64,000 nt of DNA from Trichosphaerium sp. ATCC 40318 (GCA_038496445.1 JALMLS010000548.1:124001-188000); one strand, 5' to 3'. Positions 25,007 through 37,347 are shown, counted from the first letter of the stretch. Numbers and translations are program-made. The notes: generated by a model not told the origin, from the letters alone.

Positions 25007-25745
25007 ATGACCTCAGAGGTCATTTCATGCCATGTGTGTAAAAAACGTATACGGAAATCCAATCTGGCCAGACATTTACGAACTAGTTATTGCCAAAGTT
25101 TAAAGTACAGTCAATCTTGTAGTGCGCCACAGGTAATGCTTTTAATAGCAATTGATTATTTTTAAATGTTTTACAAAGGAAAACAACACTATAAATACCA
25201 CCAACTCATCTAATTATGCCTACAATACATTGACAAACAGACATTCGCTAGTTCAAAATGAAATGTACACTTATACTCAACCAAACCGTTACATTCAACC
25301 ATACCACGATATAAATATTTCACATCGCCAATACACCATGCGACCTCAATACACCTCACAATTAGAGCATTTTCCATTCGAAAATACAAAACAAATACAA
25401 CTTAACCTACAAAACAACTTACAAACTCAAATGACATCTATTTATGAGGCACCAATAGTTGACAAGATATTGTACCTAATTAGAAAACTACAATTGGAGC
25501 AACAGCTTTCAGATGAAAATGTGAAATTGTGGTTGCAATTTTACAATACGACAGCTATGCTATTACCTTCAAATAACTCCAACAACCTCTTTTCAACTAA
25601 GCTTAGAACAACATTGGCCAAACAAATGTTTACTAAGGTACTTGCTCCTACAATTAATATTTTTATTGAGACTTTATAGTACACTGCAAAGCTCGCAATG
25701 AAAAAAATTAGTGTCAAAAGAAAAAACAAAAGACCTTTGACAATA
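25007..25745 (+). CDS. Outer-element CMC transposase, 5' part (interrupted by the nested element)
   Basis: MTSEVISCHVCKKRIRKSNLARHLRT (Zn finger) and DKILYLIRKLQLEQQLSDENVKLW; ends at KRPLTI at the TA duplication. Confidence 0.8.
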
Positions 25746-26202
25746 CAGTACCAATTCATAGCTGTTATTTTTGCTGTAAATCTTAGCTATTTTTGATATA
25801 CTTCTTGTAAAGAAATAAACGGGAAAACTCCCACTTTTTTCTTGGAGAATTAAGAGCGAAAAATGAGCAACCACAAAATTTTTACCTAATAATTTGTTGA
25901 TACTTTTCACAGTAAATACGTCTTAACTACACATGAAATATCTACTATTTAGTAGCCAATTTTACTATGCAATCAGCGTGAAATAAATTATAATTCAAAC
26001 TCAAATTGTGCCCTTTTATTTTTGAATTACTTGTTAATTAACTAAACTATAGTGAGTATTTCTGTATTAAATAAGGTCAAATTTGCACTAAGTAATCCTG
26101 AATTACCAAAGAAATACTTGGTATTTTCAACAGAAATCAGCGAAAATTACACATGATAAAAAACCAGTAGTTTTTATTGGCACTACAGCCGCTTTTACTA
26201 CA

Positions 26203-28255
26203 TCAGTTTGTTGCACCAAATACAAAATGGTCAGGGTTAGATTGCGCTTGATAACACAGTTGTTGCATTGTGACCATCCCTTGTTGCACTACAAAAAAAC
26301 AGTCAACGCAATAATAAAACATAAAATCACTTGCCTTTTGCATACTCTTCCTTAAAAGGAACATGGTCATCAGCAGTTACAAGGCGAGCAAAACATTCAG
26401 CATCAAGGTGTTGGGCCTTGCCTGTGCATCTGTACTCCGCCTTAGGAGTTTGAGATTCATCATGAAACCACTTTTGTTTTAAAGTTTTGATCAATCCTAT
26501 GCCAGTTCCACCAGGAGTGTGAATGGCCGACATACAAATAGTGTTAGCTATGTCAATCTCATTTATTCCAAAGTGATCAGCAGCCACCACACGAACATCT
26601 GCAATAAGTCTTTTGTGTGCTAAAAACAAGGTGAATCAACAATAGTACAAAATGAAAAAACCAAAGCAATTTCAATCCGCCATACCCAAAAAAGTAAAAG
26701 ATTCATTGTGATAAACAAATGCTGTCCAATACCTATTTCAACATTAACAAAACAAAGGGTATTGCAACATACCATGGCATCGTAACATCACAATTGAGCA
26801 GTGTAGGATGTTTACAAATGTATACTTCGTTTTGTTCACCATAACACACTGGAACAGGCAACACCAATGGCATGGTAGATCCAGAACCTGCTGTCTTTGA
26901 CAAGTAAGAAACAAATTGTAGAAGAAAAAGTTCAAAGGTTGGAGTAATACGCACCAGAGTTCCAGCCAAGATCTGCTGTTTTGTTGCCACTGCATACTTT
27001 TCAGTCCGCAAAAATGGAAGAAGGGCATCGACAGTGAAGAGAAAGTCTTCAGCACAAAGTAGAGGTAAAAAATGTTTCATAGCCACTTTTTCTTGTGTTG
27101 GATCTGTGGTTACTACAAATTCTGTGTTTGCTGGTATCGAACTCTAACACAGATTACTACACTGTAATTAAATAAAAAAAACCAAACGTACTTGAGCGTC
27201 ATCTAACATTGAAACATCTTCCGTATCCTTTTTTTCACATGGCTGTTTAAGTGCTCCAACAAACACTCCCAAACCGAATTCATCATCTGGCTTTTGTTCT
27301 TTTTGCTTTGGTTGTATTGGTGTTTCTTCAAATTCATTTTGATATTTCGTCACCTGAGGATGTCTGTAATCCAAGTCATCTATTACTGGCTTCAAAGAGG
27401 GGTGATGGGACACCAAGGCGCTGTATTCTGCCAAAGCGACTGCCACAGTAGGTTTTTTACCATTGAGCAATGTTTTAGAATTTTTAACCAATTCAATCCT
27501 CTACAATAAAACGCAAAATAAGCAAGTTGCAAACTCAATTTAAACACTAACATAAAGAAAGTACTCATACGCAGCTCCATAATGCATTTGGTTAGAGTAT
27601 ATGTTGGCCATAGTCTTCTCAGCAATTGCTACACACTTGTGGGCTTTAAATGAAACAAATTAGCAGTTGTTACTAAAAAAACTAAGTATTCGCACCCACT
27701 GTAACCATGTCCATTACTGTAGCACGGTAAGTGCTTCCACAAGCATACTTTATCAATTGATTCACTGGACCATATGTATCTTTAAAGACTCTGGTTGTTC
27801 TGAAATGATCCATAGCACGTAAGTCACTGTAAGTAACATCCCTTCCAGTATGTTTCTGAAAAACGTCATTTATAAGTTTGAAAGCCTGGTTTCTTTGTTT
27901 TAGAACATCTACAAACTCAGCTGGCATCCACAAAAAATTGTAAATCAAGGCTCGTTTAACTTCCTATGTGTCATTAGTCAACCAACGAAAGCAAAGAATG
28001 GAAAGAAAATACCAAGGTCTGTTGTTGAGCCATCTTTTCACGCTGTGCTTTAATCTCTTCACTTAGTTTGGTAACAGTTGTTTTGAATTGAAAGAACTCT
28101 GCTTTGAGTTGCTTTAAACTGTTATCAAACGCATTAATAGTTGCAATCATTTCTTTTTGGTTTTTAAGTATAATAACAGACGCTTTGTGTAGCTGTTGAA
28201 AGTAAGGGATCATATCCTCCTCTGTTAGCTGTTTCTTTGTAGGCGGCTGAGACAT
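26203..28255 (-). CDS. Transposon ORF2 of the nested element (homolog of 13919-16363), multi-exon
   Basis: MSQPPTKK coiled coil...KRALIYNFLW...AHKCVAIAE...HFLPLLCAEDFLFT...W|YWTAFV...PGGTGIGLIK; intron positions are shared with the outer ORF2. Confidence 0.75.
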
Positions 28256-29160
28256 GTTGCCTGAGTGGTTGTACAGAAAATATTGAGTAACACGACCACG
28301 TGGATTGGTATTCTTAGTATTATAAGAATATTTCAGAAGTTACAAAATTGGAATTGTAATCGCCTTGAAATTAATTAGCGTGTATGTAAATTGGATTTTG
28401 TAGCATACCACATCTGACCAAGCGAAAAGTTACAAATTCCGTAAACCCACGTGATAAAAAACCAAAACCAAAATTTATTTACATATTTGATACCTGGTGG
28501 CGTTTACAAAGCTATGGTAGTGGCGTTATACTGGCTTGAATTTTTTTGTATGATTTTTCACGCTATAATCCTGTTGATGCCATGAGAGCGCTATTGGCAG
28601 CGTAGGTAGACGCTATTTGTAGCGTTAGTAAATTTTACACGTATCTGTACAATACAGTTGGTTTTTCATCACGTAAAACAACGTTGAAGAGTGTTTGAGT
28701 CTAATCTTACCATACAGTTGCTTTTGGCATCGTAACTTTTCTTTTAGCTACCGAATGACTTTTGTGGCTTGAACGTACCATGTACAGTGCCTAGGTATTG
28801 TGATCTTTCTTGTCATGCCGGGTAATGGTTAGACGGTGAGCTTACATTGAAAATTTTGTTATCACTTAAATTACATAAGCTGTACTGCAAACGCCAAGAA
28901 AGAGCTTACCGTGATAACAAGCAGGTCAAGTTAATGCAATCCTAAGAATTCCTTAAAAAATACACGTGTAGTTTTATTAAGAACAATGTACTGCACTGTT
29001 TTTAGCCAAATACATTTGCGTTCTGTAGAAACCATTGTGGCAGCATCAAACAACCTTAAGGTTCTTTGAAATGTATTCAAAAAAATACCTCTGTGAAAGC
29101 AGCCGTGGCAGTACAGCGCAGGTACATCCCAAAAGCGCTTTGATAAATAATGGTGCCTAG

Positions 29161-30048
29161 ATACTATCACTGACCAGCTTACCTCTCGAATTACAACTGT
29201 ATACAATGGATTTAGATTTTGGAGTATATAAAATCTGGCCACTGTTAAACAGAGCAGCCTCCTTTTTCCGCTTCAACAAATCCATTGAAAAGAGTGGAGT
29301 ATGGAAGTCACAGTTTAAGCGTTACTACTTCAAAGATGGACTTCAACATGGTGAGTGCAAAGACTTTTATCCAGACGGGAGGGTACAATACATTGTAAAA
29401 TATCATAAAGGATGTGTTTTGAGCGCTTTGCGGAGAAGTTATTATGAAGGAGGTGAAGCCATGGTGGTGGAGTTCTTTGAAGAACAAAAAAATCCCCTTG
29501 TACAAGACTTTGTAGATTTGAAGAATTTGTATGAAGAAGTCACCTGCACTTGTGGGTACGACTTAGCCACAAAAAGTGACATCGTTTATGTAGCACTTAT
29601 GCATCTTTTCTCTGGCAATGCACGTGATGTCATTGAATACCATATCCCAAGCAAAGACGTTTTCACCAAAGAAAAAATAGATGACATGTTTCTTTCAAAT
29701 GTATTGGCCAATAACATACCCAAAGCTTGCTTTGGTTCTATGAAAACTAGCTATAGATGCATTCCGAAAGATTCTAATTACAAAGAAGGTTTGATAATGA
29801 CGTGGAACAGCCAACAAGCCTTAACACACATTCGTCAGTACAAAAATGACCAACCACATGGTTCATCACTTTCCTTTCACAGCAATGGTGCTGTTTGCCA
29901 TAGATGCCATCTCAGTAATGGTGAACTGCATGGAGATTGCAGTGAGTACTATGAGAACGGTCAAGTGAAAATGCAAAGTAGATACGTGAATGGTAAATTA
30001 ATTGGTAAACTCACACTCTGGTTGAAAGATGGCGCTTTAAAGAACTAA
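29161..30048 (+). CDS. F-box plus MORN-variant (MORN_2/YwqK-like) repeat protein, cargo of the nested element; 5' exon uncertain
   Basis: LTSLPLELQLYTM F-box-like motif in frame just upstream of the 29206 ORF; repeats of HGxxxxYYENGQxKxxxxYxNG. Confidence 0.7.
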   Translation: MLSLTSLPLELQLYTMDLDFGVYKIWPLLNRAASFFRFNKSIEKSGVWKSQFKRYYFKDGLQHGECKDFYPDGRVQYIVKYHKGCVLSALRRSYYEGGEAMVVEFFEEQKNPLVQDFVDLKNLYEEVTCTCGYDLATKSDIVYVALMHLFSGNARDVIEYHIPSKDVFTKEKIDDMFLSNVLANNIPKACFGSMKTSYRCIPKDSNYKEGLIMTWNSQQALTHIRQYKNDQPHGSSLSFHSNGAVCHRCHLSNGELHGDCSEYYENGQVKMQSRYVNGKLIGKLTLWLKDGALKN

Positions 30049-30199
30049 ACCTTGTACCTAATAAAGAAAACACGTGTTTTTGAATTTAAAGTCAAAGCTG
30101 GTTTTCAAATCGTTTGTTTTGACTTTAGCAGTGTAGATGCTTGGAACTTTTACACCATGTGCGTTTCTTCCGTTTTGTAAACTGTTTCATTTATTTTTA

Positions 30200-31653
30200 T
30201 GCCAAGCAACTCAAAGGCACCTTGCACACTCGACAGGGAAAACTAGCTGCATGGTTCTTTATAGCTGTAGTACATAAATAAAACCATAAGTACAAAATCA
30301 AAGAATGAGCTATGTACACAGCAGCTTGCAAGTTCCAGGCATATCTCCAACTATTTTTTCAAGCCTAGCATACACATTGAACGTCTATCAAATATGATAT
30401 AGTTTTAGCATAGGCTTGTTGTAAATTTTGGCGCACCTTATCCAATTTAGAACAATAACACTTTATGCCATAGTGCAATGCATTCAAGTCTTTTACTACA
30501 TAATCTACAGCATCTTCAATCATGATCTTGGATGGTAAAACCATCAGAGGCATCACACCTTGCATAGTGCCACTGTTGGGCATGTTCCATATGACCATGT
30601 ACATGGGTCCCACATTGTCTTTTTTGTCATAAGTAAAGTCATCGTGGCATAAATAAACTACAAAAAGAAAGTCAGTAATTGCCCATCTAGTTGTCACGCT
30701 CACCTGCCAGCCGAATGTTTTCACTTTTTTTTTCCACATCTTCATACAACTTGTAGTAGCGTTCTGCAGTGTCTGGGCCCTCTATGATCCTGATCCTTTG
30801 TGTCTTTCCTTTCAATTCCATTTTGGAGACATAGTGAGGATACTTAGATGTGTCATTGATGGCATCTCTGTCTGTCAGGTTGTATACCAACAGTCTGATA
30901 TATTGTGACGGCGGAATAAACATCAATTTCTTGGTTTTGGTCACATCCACTCTGACAGACATTTCTTTCAGTTCAAGTGAAGGTGTAAACTGCAAGTGAG
31001 AAGAAATATTAATTTTACAATAACTGTAAGTTGTTACGTACAGCTTTGAAGGCGGCCTTGGCTCTTTTTGGTGTCAAAAGATCATAGTTGAATTGCTTTT
31101 TGCCACTTTTGTCCATCAGTTGAGCTGTTGATCTTATAAAATCCAGCCATATTCCAACGTTATCATCTGACAATTGATTATCTAGCTGCAGTTTTCTAAC
31201 AAGACACAACACCTTTTCTTCAGGGGTTCCATTTTTTATTGAGCGCCACATAACCCTTTCACTTATCGCATGCTCCAGTTTGGGTTCTGTGGTATTGTAA
31301 AATGGAGACTTCGATGGTAATCTCTCAGGCAACATTGGCACAGGTTCAACTAGTGAAGCGTCACACAATCTAGAAGGATATTTGAATGGTTGAGGTTTGT
31401 CCAGGGGTTTGAGTGCTAGCTTTGCATTCGGTTTTGGTTTTGAGTAGCACGTTTTCTCCTTTTCCGTGATAAAAGTATCTTGATTTGTGCGTTGTTGGCG
31501 TTTAAAAGCTGGGATTAAATGCTTGTAGTATCCGCCATTGCTGGTATAACCACCAGACTTGTGTAGTGCTGTCTTGACATGTTTAGCGTAATGTTTTTTG
31601 AGTATTCTGGATCCACAGCGTAAACACGTGATGCGAGGGTCTTTTTTGCGCAT
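30200..31653 (-). CDS. Nested-element CMC transposase, 5' half (in an inverted segment)
   Basis: MRKKDPRITCLRC..HVKTALH Zn finger, EKVLCLVRKLQLDNQLSDDN, YLCHDDFTY..GPMYMVIWNMPN, VGDMPG and FPCRVC. Confidence 0.8.
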
Positions 31654-31696
31654 CTTAATGAGTTTTTTAATACCTAAACATAGTGTGCATAGTGGA

Positions 31697-33467
31697 GACG
31701 TCAAGGTTTGTCAGCTCAGAACTGCCAAAAAAGTCTTGGATTTGAAAGGTAATAGTGGACAAACAAATGAGGAGAAGTTGAAAGAGCTTTGTTTAAGAGA
31801 TTGGGTATGCTTTTTTTGGGTTTTTTTTACTAACATTGCCACAGAGTCCATTTTTAACGCTTCCTAACTTTGACATTCATCAACATTCTCCCTTTTGCCC
31901 TTTTCACAATGTGCTGTTGGGTGTTTCCAAACCCATAATCAGTGCAACATTGGATTGGTTGCAAAGCCATAAGGGACGAAACTGCAGGAACTTGGTGAAC
32001 AACCAAATGCAATGGTACAAGCGTCAAAAGCATGTACATCTTGTAAAGTAAGTTCTTGTGTTTATCTTTGCATGGTTTTTTCCTTATACATGTGTAGAAC
32101 TAAAGAGTTGTGGGACAGCCACGGTGCACTCAACACAGAGCGCCAATGGGATGGCAATGACTTTAGGTCATTTTTACAGATGGCTTTGTTTGTTTTTAAG
32201 CCCTTAGTTTCTGATAAGATTATGGGGGTGTGGTAAGTGCTTTTCTAATTGTTTCATTGTAATTTAAATAATTTGTATCAGGAGGACCTTTTTGGAGTAT
32301 GTGGCATTGATGTCTAGGGACTTTTTACAGTATGACAGGTTGAATGACATCACTGTCCAAGCCAAGCGATTGTTGAAAGAGGTGGCAGCATGTTTGCCAG
32401 GTGCAGCACTGTTTTTTTGCTATTTGGTGACACTCACTTAGAAGCCAACATCTCCACTCCAAATTGTCATGCGTTGCTTCACCATGAACAGCATGTGAGA
32501 ATGTTCGGCATGCCCAAACATTACAGGTATGGGCAATGCTGGTGATCTTATTTAATTTTGTTTTAGTACCTACAGTTGTGAATCTAGGCACATAAAAGTG
32601 AGAAATTGGAAGCATTCCACCAATGGATTGCACAAGGAGAAGTGCGTAGATTGAAACAATAGTTTTTTGGTGACTTTGACAATGACAATTGTTGTTTATT
32701 TTTTTATTACAGTGACATCATGGTGCGAGAGATGTTCATGTATGCCTCCTGTGCTTTAAAAGACTTGAGTGTTGTTAAAGTTCATGTTGAAGCCCGAAAG
32801 GCATTCACTGTGTCAGTGCCAGCATTTTGCAACATTCCACAGGCACAATGGACTTTGCGTAAGTGAAGTTTTTTTCCTGTAATTACTTTTTACACAAAGT
32901 CTCCTTGTTGTAGATAATGCAACCTCAATGGAACTGAGCACAGAGTTGAGAGCAGCTTTGATGAGGGATGTTTGCAAAGAACAATATGGTGATTTGGAAT
33001 CTTGTTCTGTGGTGGCCTACAAAAAAGCAAAATGTGCTGCTAGAGAAATGACGTTGTCTACCAAGAACAACACAAGCTTTAAAAGTTGGAGGCCGATTCA
33101 TGGTGAAACCAGGAGCAATTGCATTTATTTAGAAACCACCCACATAGTGATGATGAGTGGTAATGTTTTTATTTTTGGCAGGTATTGTGGTTATTTTATG
33201 TGATTGTTATTGACACAAATGCATGTAGGCTATTTGAGCTTTACAATCCACAAAAGAAATATGATGAAGCTACTAATTTGGTGGCGTGCGTGTTTTTAAA
33301 TATGTGCTGAATATCTTTTTGTTGATCTCAAAACAAGGTTGCAAAGTGTAGAAGGCTTGGCATGTGTACCTTTGAGCATGGTGTACAAGCAAGCCTGCTT
33401 AATACCAGATCCTGTTGTTTCTGGTATGTTTTTGGACAACTACTATCAATATGCAATACCTAATTAA
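31697..33467 (+). CDS. Nested-element CMC transposase, 3' half
   Basis: DVKVCQLRT...HSPFCPFHNVLLGVSK...WDGNDFRSFLQ...CHALLHHE...FGMP...SCESRH...NYYQYAIPN*. Confidence 0.8.
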
Positions 33468-33669
33468 TATTGTAATTGTGCGGGTTGTGTGTTGAAGCAC
33501 TTTTTTTACAATAAACAATGCACTTCTTTTTCTTTATTATTTCATTGGTAAATTTTTTTTATTTTAAGTGGCCGGCACTGAAATAGTAGCGAAATATTTA
33601 AAAACAGTGAAATACGAATGAAATCATTATTATTTATCTTTTATTTCTTTGAAGTGAATTGGTACTGTA

Positions 33670-36155
33670 CCATTTATCCCTCCTTCTGAATATGTCAGAC
33701 TCCTTATGTATCACCTGACAGATAGAAATGCCATCAATGACACTTCAAAATATCCTCATTATGTTTCTAAGGTTGATGTGAATGGAGATGTACAACAATC
33801 CCACATTTTTTCTGGTCCCGAAACTGGAATTCGATACAAACAAATGTATTCCGATGTCAGTAACTTATCAAGCAATGTTAAATTAGCAGGTATGTTTTAT
33901 TGCCATCACAGTTTTATTGTTGTTTAATACCTGTTTTGTAGCTTATCTATGCCATGATGACTTCACTTACGACAGAAAAGAAAGTTTAGGACCAATGTAT
34001 CTTGTAATATGGAACATGCCAAATAGTGACGAAATGCAAGGAAAAATGACTTTAATGGTGTTACCCACTGATGTCATTATGGTTGATGCAATGAAATACA
34101 TTACAGATGATTTGGCATCACTTTACAATGGAATAGATTTGTATTGTCCCATATTGAAACAAGTACTTTATTCATTATTTTTTTCTCCCGAGTTTTAAGT
34201 TGTTTTTAGACTTTTACCGTCTATCTCAGATTGGAAAAACTCTTAGGAGATATGCCTGGAACATGTAAGGTTGTTTGTACGTTGTTTTATAGTTACAAGC
34301 CAGATTGATAACATAATGTTTAGCTATAAAATCATATCAAGCCAATCTTCCATGTAGAGTTTGTAAATTAACCAAAGAAGCAATGGCAGAATTAAAAGAA
34401 TGTCAAACTCTGCGAACAACAAACAAAGCATTAAAATTGCATGCAATTGATTCATCTCCATTTCATTTACATAATTTGTGTTTAAAAGCTTGGGTACGAA
34501 TCGACAAATTTTTAAACTAATAATATTAGTCTCCATTTCTATTTTTGCCTGATTTTGACATTTTCCAACACACTCCTTTTTGTCCGTTTCACAACATCAT
34601 TTTGGGAGTTGCAAAACAAGTTATGATAGGCACTTTTGAGCTTTTAGAAACGCATCAAGATGTGAAAATTATTGCAAGAGATAAAATCAAAAAGGGAGTG
34701 GAGTGGTATAAGCGGCAAAAACATGTTGTTGTCACAAAGTGGGTTTTCTTGTTATCATCGCTTTTTATTTACTTTTATTAAGAATAAAACCAATTTGGGA
34801 CTCCAAAGGACAGTGTACTGTTTTAAAAAAATGGGATGGAACTGATGTTAGATCGTTTTTACAAATGGCATTATTTGTTTTTAAACCTCTTTGTTCTGAA
34901 AAAGTTTTAAAAACGTGGTACAAATAATGTACTCTGTTTATAGTTTACTGATTTTATTTTAGGCAAGTGCTTTTAGGCTATGTTTGTTTAATGTCAAAAG
35001 AATCTTTAAAAGCAGAGCGTTTGCCACAAGTTACAACAGAAGCTAAACGTTTAAAAAAAAAAATTGGAAAATATTTACCAAGTACTTTTTCGCTTTGTTC
35101 TTCTCTAAAAACACTATTTTCACACTATTTTTAGATGTCAACACTAAAACTCCAAACTTCCATGCTATACTTCATCACGAACAAGCCATCAGATTGTTTG
35201 GTATGCCAAAATATTACAGGTAAAAATTGTCTTGATAAAAAGCAATTACTAACGGTACTAGCACCTACAGTTGCGAGTCCAAACATAAAAAAATCAAAAA
35301 TTGGAAACATAGCACCAAAGGATGTAAAAAAATTGAGTACTAGAATCCATAATGGTCTTTAAACACTAATATATATCAGTGACATTATGATCAGAGAACG
35401 AGACTCAATTTCGTCATATTTATCTGGTGACTTCCAAACTCATCTTTCGCAATTATCCACTAAAACAAAAAACCAAAGTAAACGTATTACTTACTTAGCT
35501 CGACAAGTACACAACAATTTAGAAGCTGAGTGGACCTTACGTGAGTGCATCTAAACATTTTAATTGCTTATCTATTTGAAATTAGATGGAAAAAAAAAAG
35601 TACAAGAACTATCAACTCAAATGATAAATGTGTTGATTCGTGACACATCTGTGCAATCGTTTCAAAACACTGATTATCCAATTGCTTTTTACTCATCTGC
35701 AAAGTGTATAGATAGAGATGTATCAATTTACACCTCACCTCGTAAAAACACATGTTTTAAAACGTGGCGACTTAACTTTGATATTGAAAGTAGAAGTGAT
35801 TGTATTTATCTTGAAACAACTCACATTATTCAACTAAACAACGATGATGAAATTTATGTTTTTGGAAGGTATTAAATGACATAAACTATAACAATGAATT
35901 ACAATCTAAGTATACTAGGTTGTACACCTTGCTTAATCCTCACGAAAGATATGATTCAGCTACTAATCTGGTTTCGTGCGTTTTATTGATATATTGTTTT
36001 CAAGCTCATGTTTATTTTACAATAGCTTAATTCGACAAAATGACTTGGCTTGTGTGCCTTTGTTTATGGTGTTTAAACTCGCTTGTATCATTTCAGATCC
36101 TATTGAAAATGACAAATATTTGGTTAACTACTATCAACAAGCAATACCAAATTAA
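33670..36155 (+). CDS. Outer-element CMC transposase, 3' part
   Basis: CMC signature in order: D (HDDF), D (GDMPG), CxxC (CRVC), PFHNIILGVAK, HxxxH (FHAILHHE), E (SCESKH); ends NYYQQAIPN*. Confidence 0.85.
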
Positions 36156-36169
36156 CGTCAACAATAATA

Positions 36170-36340
36170 AATTGCAAGAGATTTTTCATAAAATTTCATG
36201 TTTCAAAAGAGATTTTTTCAAAAATTTCATAGTCAATGAGATTTTTTCAAAAATTACACTCTTTGTCAAAGAAAATTTTTTAGAGAATCTCCAATATATC
36301 ACGTTTTTTGGGTAATTTGAGGAAATCTCTATAAAATTCC
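36170..36340. repeat. Right subterminal repeats (inverted relatives of the left 24-mer)
   Basis: gagatttttt(c)aaaaattt units and ggtaatttgaggaaat resemble the reverse complement of the left array. Confidence 0.6.
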
Positions 36341-36359
36341 CATTTTCATTTTAGTACTG

Positions 36360-36699
36360 TATTGTATGAACTCCTTTGAGTGCTTTAATGCCTTCATCTG
36401 TTACTGATGTACCTGAAATATTAATATTGTGAACACCTTTGAGTGCTTTGATACCATTGTCTGTCACATGGGTATACGCAATATCAATTGTATGAACACC
36501 TTTGAGTGCTTTAATACCTTCATCTGTAATTCCAGTTAAAGAAATATCAATATCATGAACACCAGCAAGCGCTTTAATGCCTTCATCTGTTATATCATCA
36601 TTGCATGAGAGATTTATTGTGTGAACACCAGCAAGCTCTTTAATGCCTTTATCTGTCACGAGTGTATTATACAGAGCAATTGAATGAACACCTCTCAGC
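36360..36699 (-). pseudogene. Middle segment of the disrupted F-box/LRR gene
   Basis: Five LRR units in frame with 37348-37711 once the MITE is removed (DRGLKALR|GVHSIAL). Confidence 0.88.
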
Positions 36700-37347
36700 T
36701 AGCGATGTTCCAAATGGATAGATTGCAAAATTCGTATTTGAACCAAATTTTCTTGGTTTATTCGAATATATTCTTCTCGCTTTTTTTGTGGTGAGATAAA
36801 ACGGCCACAAATTACATCCTTATTGCTGTCCTGAACCCATTGTTTTAATTCCGAACAATCTGAGACTTTTTTTTAATAAGCAAGTAATAGATAAAACTAC
36901 AAAATTGTGTTTATGTTTTACCTCAAGTGATGGCTATTTCTACGCGTGGAAAGTACTAAAAAGTGGTTTTGAGACAGCAAAAAAATAGATCACGTGGCGG
37001 GCTCAACATTGGCTCGAATTGTCAAAAAAACGTCACCACTGGCACAATTTCACACAACAAAAGTGTCGGTTAGGCTCACTGTGACTTTGTTTTACCGCTA
37101 AAATGTAGATATCTTAAACTCACTCAATATAGGGCTTTCAACCACTCTATGTATAGAACTATGCATTTTTCAACGTATGAGAGTGGTTTGGATGAACAAA
37201 AAGCACTTGGTGATTAAAAAAAAAGCCAACAACTTTCAGTTTCACAGTCGCTCTTCTCTGAAAACCGAATCGGAATATATTCGACTATTTCCAACTTTTT
37301 ACGTTCTGGCGATAGATTCGGTATTCTATTCGTTTGGAACATCGCTA
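36700..37347. mobile_element. Non-autonomous hAT element (MITE), 648 bp
   Basis: 15-bp perfect TIR tagcgatgttccaaa / tttggaacatcgcta and 8-bp TSD ctctcagc at 36692-36699 and 37348-37355; no coding capacity. Confidence 0.92.

Larger units (their letters stand above)
25746..33667. mobile_element. Nested CMC-type DNA transposon (7,922 bp), related to the outer element
   Basis: TIR cagtaccaattca (from 25746) / tgaattggtactg (to 33667), with TA duplicated at 25744-25745 and 33668-33669. Removal restores the outer transposase frame (PLTI|PFIPPSEY). Confidence 0.92.
13324..36359. mobile_element. Giant CMC-type (CACTA/Mirage/Plavaka-like) DNA transposon, 23,036 bp including the nested element
   Basis: TIR cagtactaaaataaaaa (from 13324) / ttttcattttagtactg (to 36359). 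TA is duplicated at 13322-13323 and 36360-36361, subterminal repeats occur at both ends, the element contains a CMC transposase, and removing it rejoins the LRR gene. Confidence 0.9.

Noticed and set aside
13324-36359. Tc1/mariner, Polinton or endogenous virus interpretation of the large element
   Set aside because: The TA TSD and CAGT ends resemble Tc1/mariner, but the transposase has CMC motifs. I saw no polB, integrase, capsid or packaging ATPase.
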